A DNA stretch of 24,000 nucleotides, from assembly GCA_963810435.1 (NCBI GenBank), contig CAWENL010000001.1, positions 1,456,276 to 1,480,275 of the forward strand, in the 5' to 3' direction. Origin of the DNA: an uncultured Actinomycetota bacterium. GTDB taxonomy: Bacteria; Actinomycetota; Actinomycetes; Propionibacteriales; Nocardioidaceae. Of this stretch, positions 6,622-12,263 are shown piece after piece (the first letter of the stretch is position 1; each line of letters starts with the position of its first letter). The notes under the pieces were generated by a model. The model ran no database searches. It worked only from the letters and a program-made list of their open reading frames with translations, and was not told the origin of the DNA. The position numbers and the translations under genes are program-made.

Positions 6622-8141
6622 GCGCGGGGCCGGGTGAGGTGCGCCGGCGCCGCGGGCGGAGCGGGCACCTTCACCGGATCCTGGGGCTCCGGGTGCGTCG
6701 GTCCGACGTGCATCCGCCGGTGAGAGGATCCCGGGGCGACGAACTGCCGGGTGCCGCGCTCCTCGGCCGACTTGGGCGTGTCCACCTCGATCGGGTGGGC
6801 CTTCGCATAGGCGTCCTGACGGATCCCCGTGACCTGCCAGGACACCTCCAGCCCCGCCGTGCCCCCCGCGATCCGGAAGCGGTTGTCCTTGACCTTGCTC
6901 GCGACGTAGACCGGCGCGTGGGCGCCGATCGGTGTCAGCTGGTAGCGATAGTCCCGGTTCAGCGTCGCGAAGTAGTCGGGAAGGGTGACGGTCGCCTCGC
7001 CCGCGTCGTCGAGGACGGCGTTGCCGTTGTAGACGTTCATCATGTCGGGGGACTCGACGAACGAGTGCGACAGCCAGCGGGTGTCGGGAGCCAGCGGGTG
7101 GTCGATCCGGAAGGAGCCTGCCGACTTCGAGAGCGTGCCGTTGACGGCGACGTTGCCGTTCGCGTACACGGCGAACGACGCCGAGTTCGACGCCTGCGCG
7201 TAGAGTCCGTAGGTCTGACCGGACGTGGCGGTGGCCAGCGCGTAGACGCCGAAGCTCGGGGCCTGACCCCAGACACCGACGTAGCCGGAGTCACCCCGAA
7301 CACCGGCGGTCGAGCCGCTCTGGCCCAGCACGCCGTACTGGCCACCGGAGCCGAGGACCCCGTTGCCGGAGTTGCCGGATCGGGACCCCATGACGCCGTT
7401 GGTGCTCCCGCTTCCGAGGACACCTGTGGGACCCGAGCCGTAGACCCCGTTCGTGGTCCCGCCTCCGTAGACCCCGTTCGTACCACCGGATCCGTACAGA
7501 GCCGTGGGACCGGAGCCGTAGAAGCCGATCGAGGACCCGATCCCGACGCCGCCGTAGAAACCCGAGCCGTAGAGTCCGTACGTCCCGCCGGTAGCGGACA
7601 CCCCGGTGCTGCTGCTCGAGAACTCGCCGCCGTAGATCGAGCCGTCACCGCGGACCCCGACGTTGTTGGTCGACACGCCGGAGACGCCGTAGCCGTCGGT
7701 CGAGATGCCTTTGACGCCGTTGCCGGCCGTCGTGCTGGTCCCTGTGACGCCGGACCGTTCGGTCGTCGTCGACGTCGACGTCGTGCGGCCGGCGATCCCG
7801 ACGGGCTGCGCAGTCGTGACGTCGAGCTGGGCGACGGGGGCCGTCTTGCCGATGCCCACCCGACCCTGCGGCGTGATGCGCATCCGTTCCGTGACGGCTG
7901 CGGTGGTGGACGTCCTCGTCTTGAAGATCAGGGGGGCCACCACGGTCGGACCGAGGAAGTTCGACCCGTCGGTCGAGACATCGGCGTTGCCGCCGAGCTT
8001 CCAGGTCGAGGTGGCTGCCCCGGCCGAGGCCGGGGAGGCGGACACGACCTGGGCGACACCCGCCGCCGCGGCCGTCCCGGTGAAGGCCAGCAGCAGCCGG
8101 CGGGGGAACCTGCGTTCGAGGTCGTCGTTGGCGGTGGTCAT
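6618..8141 (-). CDS. Secreted Gly-rich nonapeptide-repeat protein, tail-fibre-like, with a conserved-looking globular C-terminal domain (507 aa)
   Basis: Start at ATG 8141, with GGGGGAGA 5 nt upstream. The track ORF extends to 9062 only because it is open antisense to the aldo/keto reductase. N-terminal RR-containing signal (LERRFPRRLLLAFTGTAAAAGVAQVVSASPASA/GA). Neck motif ERMRITPQGRVGIGKTAPVAQLDV. About 20 repeats of a 9-residue G-V-x-G-x-S/G unit. C-terminal SFRIDHPLAPDTRWLSHSFVESPDMMNVYNG...YRYQLTPIG...RFRIAGG...VSWQVTGIRQD. Confidence 0.8.
   Translation of the reverse strand: MTTANDDLERRFPRRLLLAFTGTAAAAGVAQVVSASPASAGAATSTWKLGGNADVSTDGSNFLGPTVVAPLIFKTRTSTTAAVTERMRITPQGRVGIGKTAPVAQLDVTTAQPVGIAGRTTSTSTTTERSGVTGTSTTAGNGVKGISTDGYGVSGVSTNNVGVRGDGSIYGGEFSSSSTGVSATGGTYGLYGSGFYGGVGIGSSIGFYGSGPTALYGSGGTNGVYGGGTTNGVYGSGPTGVLGSGSTNGVMGSRSGNSGNGVLGSGGQYGVLGQSGSTAGVRGDSGYVGVWGQAPSFGVYALATATSGQTYGLYAQASNSASFAVYANGNVAVNGTLSKSAGSFRIDHPLAPDTRWLSHSFVESPDMMNVYNGNAVLDDAGEATVTLPDYFATLNRDYRYQLTPIGAHAPVYVASKVKDNRFRIAGGTAGLEVSWQVTGIRQDAYAKAHPIEVDTPKSAEERGTRQFVAPGSSHRRMHVGPTHPEPQDPVKVPAPPAAPAHLTRPRA
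7137..7751 (-). repeat. Coding tandem-repeat region, about 27-nt (9-aa) period, inside the secreted repeat protein
   Basis: Protein residues about 131-335: GVKGISTDGY / GVSGVSTNNV / ...YGSGGTNGV / YGGGTTNGV / YGSGPTGV / LGSGSTNGV... A perfect 17-nt duplicate, ccgtagaccccgttcgt, occurs at 7438-7454 and 7465-7481 (27-nt offset). Confidence 0.8.
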
Positions 8142-8348
8142 GGGTGTCTCCCCCAGCGCGCGCTGTCGAGGCCGGGCGAGGCTCGGCAGCGCACGTCGGA
8201 CTGAGCCCCGTCCCGGTGAGACTAGGCTGGTGCGTCGGGGGGCCGACAGGTCCGAGGTGACCATGTCGGGTAGCGTCTCCGCGCCGTCGCGCCGGGACCT
8301 TGACCATCGGGCGTCCACACATCTCGGCCGGCTCGCTAGGTTGGCAGC

Positions 8349-9413
8349 ATGGACTACCGACCCCTCGGACGCACCGGAATGCAGGTCAGCCCGCTCTGCC
8401 TGGGAGCGATGATGTTCGGGTCGTGGGGGGAGCCCGACCACGACACCTCGGTCGAGATCATCCATCACGCACTCGACGAGGGCATCAACTTCATCGACAC
8501 CGCCGACGTCTACAGCCAGGGCGAGTCGGAGACGATCGTCGGGAAGGCCCTGGCCGGTGGACGCCGCGACGGCGTCGTGCTCGCCACGAAGTTCCACGGA
8601 CAGATGGGTGTCCCGGTCGACGCCCCGATGGGCACGAAGGGAGACCCGAACCGGCGTGGGAACTCCCGACGCTGGATCGTCGAGGAGGTCGAGCACAGCC
8701 TGCGCCGGCTCCAGACCGACTGGATCGACCTCTACCAGGTGCACCGGCCGGACACCGCCACCGACCTCGAGGAGACGCTCGCGGCGCTGACCGACCTGCA
8801 GCGCTCTGGCAAGATCAGGGCCTTCGGCTGCTCGACGTACCCCGCGCACGAGGTCGTCGAGGCGCACTGGGTCTCGGAGCGTCGCGGGCTCGGCAGGTTC
8901 GTCACCGAGCAGCCGCCGTACTCGCTGCTGGTGCGCGGGATCGAGGCCGATCTGCTGCCGGTGGCCGAGCGCTACGGCATGGGGGTCCTGCCGTGGAGCC
9001 CGCTGGCCGGGGGCTGGCTGAGCGGTCGCCACCGCAAGGGTGAGGAGGCCCCGACCTCGCACCGGGCCGATCGGATGCCGGCCCGTTACGACCTCTCACT
9101 CCCGGCCAACCAGGCGAAGCTGGACGCCGTGGAGAGCCTCGCGCTGCTCGCCGAGGACGCGGGGCTCTCACTCATCCATCTCGCCCTTGCTTTCACGCTG
9201 GCGCACCCGGCGGTGACAGCGCCGATCATCGGCCCCCGGACCAAGGGCCACCTGACCTCGCAGCTCGGGGCCGCCGACGTCACGCTCTCCGCCGACGTGC
9301 TCGACAGGATCGACGAGATCGTGCCCCCGGGCACGACCTTCGCCGACACCGACAGGGGGTACGTCCCGCCCGCGCTCCAGGACCCCCGCCTGCGTCGCCG
9401 TCGTAGCGACTGA
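8349..9413 (+). CDS. Aldo/keto reductase family oxidoreductase (354 aa)
   Basis: MDYRPLGRTGMQVSPLCLGAMMFG..., INFIDTADVYSQGESE, LYQVHRPD, and SPLAGGWLSG are canonical AKR blocks. Confidence 0.9.
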   Translation: MDYRPLGRTGMQVSPLCLGAMMFGSWGEPDHDTSVEIIHHALDEGINFIDTADVYSQGESETIVGKALAGGRRDGVVLATKFHGQMGVPVDAPMGTKGDPNRRGNSRRWIVEEVEHSLRRLQTDWIDLYQVHRPDTATDLEETLAALTDLQRSGKIRAFGCSTYPAHEVVEAHWVSERRGLGRFVTEQPPYSLLVRGIEADLLPVAERYGMGVLPWSPLAGGWLSGRHRKGEEAPTSHRADRMPARYDLSLPANQAKLDAVESLALLAEDAGLSLIHLALAFTLAHPAVTAPIIGPRTKGHLTSQLGAADVTLSADVLDRIDEIVPPGTTFADTDRGYVPPALQDPRLRRRRSD

Positions 9414-9427
9414 GCGGCGGGAGCGGG

Positions 9428-9643
9428 CTACAGGTGCAGCACCAGACCCACGCCGGCCATCGTCATCGCGAGCGCGACCAGCCACGGCCGGAACCGGTTC
9501 GCGAGGGCCACCCGATGCCGAAGCACCCCCGGGATGGTCTCCACCGGCAGATGCCGCACGGCGTAGGCCTGGAGCAGCAGCACCGCGGCGATCAGCAGCC
9601 CGGACTGGAGCAGGACGGGTGCGGCGTCCGGCGGCACGGTCAT
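9428..9643 (-). CDS. Hypothetical 71-aa two-TM membrane protein
   Basis: ATG at 9643 with GAGGAG 7 nt upstream. High GC3. Two hydrophobic helices (VLLQSGLLIAAVLLLQAYAV, WLVALAMTMAGVGLVLHL). The track's longer 101-aa version adds an Arg-rich leader with no ribosome-binding site. Confidence 0.5.
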   Translation of the reverse strand: MTVPPDAAPVLLQSGLLIAAVLLLQAYAVRHLPVETIPGVLRHRVALANRFRPWLVALAMTMAGVGLVLHL

Positions 9644-9705
9644 GGGGTACTCCTCGTCCGGTGGCTCGGTGGTTCGGACGATAGGCAGCGGCCGACGTCG
9701 GTGAC

Positions 9706-9720
9706 GTCTCAATGTGAGAC
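9706..9720. promoter_or_regulatory. Palindrome GTCTCA-atg-TGAGAC (copy 1 of 3), candidate regulator binding site
   Basis: Perfect 6-bp inverted arms. It is intergenic: 29 nt downstream of the regulator stop (9750) and centred about 70 nt upstream of the 71-aa ORF start (9643). Confidence 0.6.
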
Positions 9721-9749
9721 GGCCCCGCCTCACGCCCTGAGTCGGGGCG

Positions 9750-11591
9750 TCAGCCCTGCGGTGCGACGACGATGCCGTAGTCGTGGATCTTGCGGTAGAT
9801 GGTCGCGCGGGACATCCCGAGCGCGCGAGCTGCCTGGACCTTGTTGCCGTCGGCTTCGGACAGGCTCCGCACGATGGCGTCCCGCTCCATCGACTCCAAG
9901 GGACTGAGCACCCGTCGGCTCACCGAGTGCGTCTCCGGGGGCAGGTCCTCGACCTGGATGCATCCCGTGCGGCGATGGGTGACGACCTCCCGGAGCAGCT
10001 GATGCAGCTGCTCGGCATTGCCTGGCCACGGCATCCGCATGAGCAGCCGGACGGCCGCCGGGGAGAGGCTGAGGTGTCCGCCCTGCTCGAGACGGGACAA
10101 GAACAGCGTCGCCAGCGGTTGGAGGTCCTCGACGTGCACCCGCAGCGGCGGGACGTCGAGGGTCCTGGGGAACAGCCGCAACAGCTGCCGGAGATCCTCG
10201 TGACGCCGGAGGTGCCCTACGGTGGCGGCGGCCCAGAGCGGCCGGGGGCGGTCCGCGGTGCGCGCCTCCTGCAGAGCGGCCGAGAGGTCCCGAAGAGCGG
10301 GGCCGTCCAGTCGGTCGGCGTGCCGCAGCACGACCGTGTCGGCGTCGCGGAGGATCGCCCGGCGTGCACCCGAGAGCCAGTCCCGGTCGGTTCCGGCCGC
10401 TGGCGGCTCGAGGACCACGAACCGGCCGACGGGCTGCCGCCGCAGCTGGACCGACCGCAGCAGTGCCAGCTTGCCGACACCCGGCTCCCCCTCGAGGACC
10501 AGCCACTCGCCGGAGCGGTAGGTGCTCTCGAGCTCGTGGCAGACGCGCAGCCACACGGGGCTGGAGCCGACCAGCCCCGGCAGCGGCGCCAACGGCTCCG
10601 GGTGCGAGGGCCCGCCGCTGCGGTGCCCGGCACCGTGATCCTCCAGCCGGACGTGGGCGACGACCCCGGCGAACCGCTCGCCGCTCTGGACGCGCCGGCA
10701 GTGCATCCGAGCGGTCTGCCCGGACGGCAGGTCGACACCGAAGCTCCTGCGGTGCCGGGGCACCATCGCCTCGGTCGCCTGCGCCAACAGGACCGCCTGC
10801 TCGGCCGGCTCGAGCACGGTGCGCGCCACGTCGTTCATCATCACCACGTGGTCGTTCACCGCGAGCACGACCTCGGTGCCGCGGCTGCAGGCACGCAGGT
10901 ACTCCTGGAACAGCTCCAGCTCACAGGCGCCGGCCTCGGCCAGCAGCACCTGCCGGATCTGCTCCGCCGTGGTCTTGGCGAGCGCGAGCAGCAGCGCGCC
11001 CGCGTCCTTGCGCCAGCACGTCAGGTCGACCGCGCCCACGAGCCGCCCGGACACCGGGTGATGGATCGGTACGCCCGCGCACGCCAGGTCTTCGAGGTTC
11101 TCCGCGTAGTGCTCGTGCCCGAAGACGTGCGCCGGCCCGCCGACCTCCAGGGCGGTCCCGATGCCGTTCGTCCCGACGAACTCCTCGGCATAGCTGAAGC
11201 CGGGGGCCAGCAGCACCCGCTCGAGGTGCCGCTCGAGGTCGCTGTCACCGGTCAGGCGACGGACCACCAGCCCGGACGGATCGGTCAGAATCACACTGAC
11301 CGACTGACCGTCCAGCTGCTGGCTCAGGCTGCGCAGCACCGGGTCGGCACTGCGGGTCAGCCGCGTGTCGAGCTCGGCGTTCTCGACGTACGGGAGATGG
11401 ATCTTGTCCGCCGGAACCTGCAGGTCGTGGGAGCGGCGCCACGACGCGAGAATCGGACCCCGCACCGCCCGCGGCTCGGGGGGCTCGTGGGTCAGGAACC
11501 TGACCCGGTTCTCCGCCACGTCGGCCTGATCAGCTATGACGACGCTCTCTCGCGTCCACGGTGCTTGCTTCACCTCGGACTCCAGCCCCAC
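9750..11591 (-). CDS. AcoR/MimR-like transcriptional activator: GAF sensor + degenerate AAA+ (bEBP-like) + Fis-type HTH
   Basis: GAF-type block FVGTNGIGTALEVGGPAHVFGHEHY...CAGVPIHHPVSGRLVGAVDLTC. P-loop remnant LVLEGEPGVGKLALL. bEBP C-terminal blocks DVPPLRVHVEDL, MPWPGNAEQL. HTH GNKVQAARALGMSRATIYRKIHDYGI. Divergent from a di-iron monooxygenase operon, as for mimR/prmR-type regulators. Start uncertain: GTG 11591, or GTG 11573, which has GGAG 6 nt upstream. Confidence 0.85.
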   Translation of the reverse strand: MGLESEVKQAPWTRESVVIADQADVAENRVRFLTHEPPEPRAVRGPILASWRRSHDLQVPADKIHLPYVENAELDTRLTRSADPVLRSLSQQLDGQSVSVILTDPSGLVVRRLTGDSDLERHLERVLLAPGFSYAEEFVGTNGIGTALEVGGPAHVFGHEHYAENLEDLACAGVPIHHPVSGRLVGAVDLTCWRKDAGALLLALAKTTAEQIRQVLLAEAGACELELFQEYLRACSRGTEVVLAVNDHVVMMNDVARTVLEPAEQAVLLAQATEAMVPRHRRSFGVDLPSGQTARMHCRRVQSGERFAGVVAHVRLEDHGAGHRSGGPSHPEPLAPLPGLVGSSPVWLRVCHELESTYRSGEWLVLEGEPGVGKLALLRSVQLRRQPVGRFVVLEPPAAGTDRDWLSGARRAILRDADTVVLRHADRLDGPALRDLSAALQEARTADRPRPLWAAATVGHLRRHEDLRQLLRLFPRTLDVPPLRVHVEDLQPLATLFLSRLEQGGHLSLSPAAVRLLMRMPWPGNAEQLHQLLREVVTHRRTGCIQVEDLPPETHSVSRRVLSPLESMERDAIVRSLSEADGNKVQAARALGMSRATIYRKIHDYGIVVAPQG

Positions 11592-11737
11592 TCGTGTCCA
11601 TACGGTTCCCGGGCCGGTACGCGACCCAGCCAGCGCCCCCGAGACACCGTGTGTCCACCCGCTGATTCCTTACCGTAAGCGCTCGGGACGCGGGGGTCGA
11701 GGGGCGCCGGTCGCCTGTTGTCGCAGCCTCATCGGCT

Positions 11738-11752
11738 GTCTCAGATTGAGAC
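11738..11752. promoter_or_regulatory. Palindrome GTCTCA-gat-TGAGAC (copy 2 of 3)
   Basis: Perfect arms. It lies in the divergent intergenic region, 147 nt from the regulator start and 80 nt upstream of the 82-aa ORF start. Confidence 0.6.
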
Positions 11753-11832
11753 GGCGGCCCGGAAATTCGGGCGTACCGTGCGCTTCAACTCTGGCTTGAC
11801 GCACCAGCACGCGAGACCTTGCGGAGGTACCG

Positions 11833-12081
11833 ATGACCGCGTTCGAGGACGCAGGAGCCGAGACCTACAACCCCTGGACCGTGGTGAACCTGGTCTTCTC
11901 GCACCTCGCCGAGCAAGGCCTGCATCCGACCCTGGGCGAGAGCGGTGACCCGGGCGAGCCGGCCCGTTCGCTGCTCGCTGCGCTGGGCATCGAGTCGTCG
12001 GCGGAGGGCAACCGGGAGGTGATGCGCGACGTGCGTCGACAGCTCGCGGAGATCCGCGCGGCGATGTTCGACGACGCCTGA
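11833..12081 (+). CDS. Hypothetical 82-aa acidic soluble protein between the regulator and the monooxygenase
   Basis: ATG with GGAGG 7 nt upstream. Very strong GC3 bias throughout. No TM segment and no family I recognise (MTAFEDAGAETYNPWTVVNLVFSHLAEQGLHPTLGE...REVMRDVRRQLAEIRAAMFDDA). Confidence 0.6.
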   Translation: MTAFEDAGAETYNPWTVVNLVFSHLAEQGLHPTLGESGDPGEPARSLLAALGIESSAEGNREVMRDVRRQLAEIRAAMFDDA

Positions 12082-12098
12082 CCGGTGCCGCGGGGATC

Positions 12099-12113
12099 GT
12101 CTCATTGTGAGAC
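12099..12113. promoter_or_regulatory. Palindrome GTCTCA-ttg-TGAGAC (copy 3 of 3), upstream of prmA
   Basis: Perfect arms. It starts 17 nt after the 82-aa ORF stop and is centred about 158 nt upstream of the prmA ATG, a position typical of an activator upstream site. Confidence 0.6.
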
Positions 12114-12176
12114 CTGACGAGCCCCCGTCATGGGCTTGCATGGTCTGTGAGCACCAACACGCAACACCGGACAGAA

Positions 12177-12197
12177 CACCTGCACCACCACCTGCAC
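12177..12197 (+). repeat. Tandem direct repeat CACCTGCAC-cac-CACCTGCAC (12-nt period) in the prmA leader/promoter region
   Basis: Read directly: 12177-12185 and 12189-12197 are identical 9-mers. They lie about 70 nt upstream of the prmA start. Confidence 0.5.
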
Positions 12198-12263
12198 AGG
12201 AACCACCCGCGTACCGACCGGACTCCATCCGGAAGCTGACTTGATCCAGGGAAGGACTTGGTG

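Noticed and set aside
8154-8165. 12-nt perfect palindrome CAGCGCGCGCTG just upstream of the repeat-protein ribosome-binding site
   Set aside because: Alternating GC palindromes of this size are common by chance in ~70% GC DNA. There is only a single copy and no supporting context.
8142-9062. N-terminal 307 aa of the 814-aa track ORF 6618-9062 (-)
   Set aside because: This part is antisense to the aldo/keto reductase and has shadow-ORF composition. The real gene starts at ATG 8141, which has a ribosome-binding site and is followed immediately by a signal peptide.
12177-12197. Calling the CACCTGCAC repeats a genuine sigma-54 (-24/-12) promoter
   Set aside because: The invariant GG of the -24 element is missing and the spacing is one nt too long. 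The regulator lacks the GAFTGA loop. This lineage is generally considered to lack rpoN. I kept it only as an unexplained repeat.
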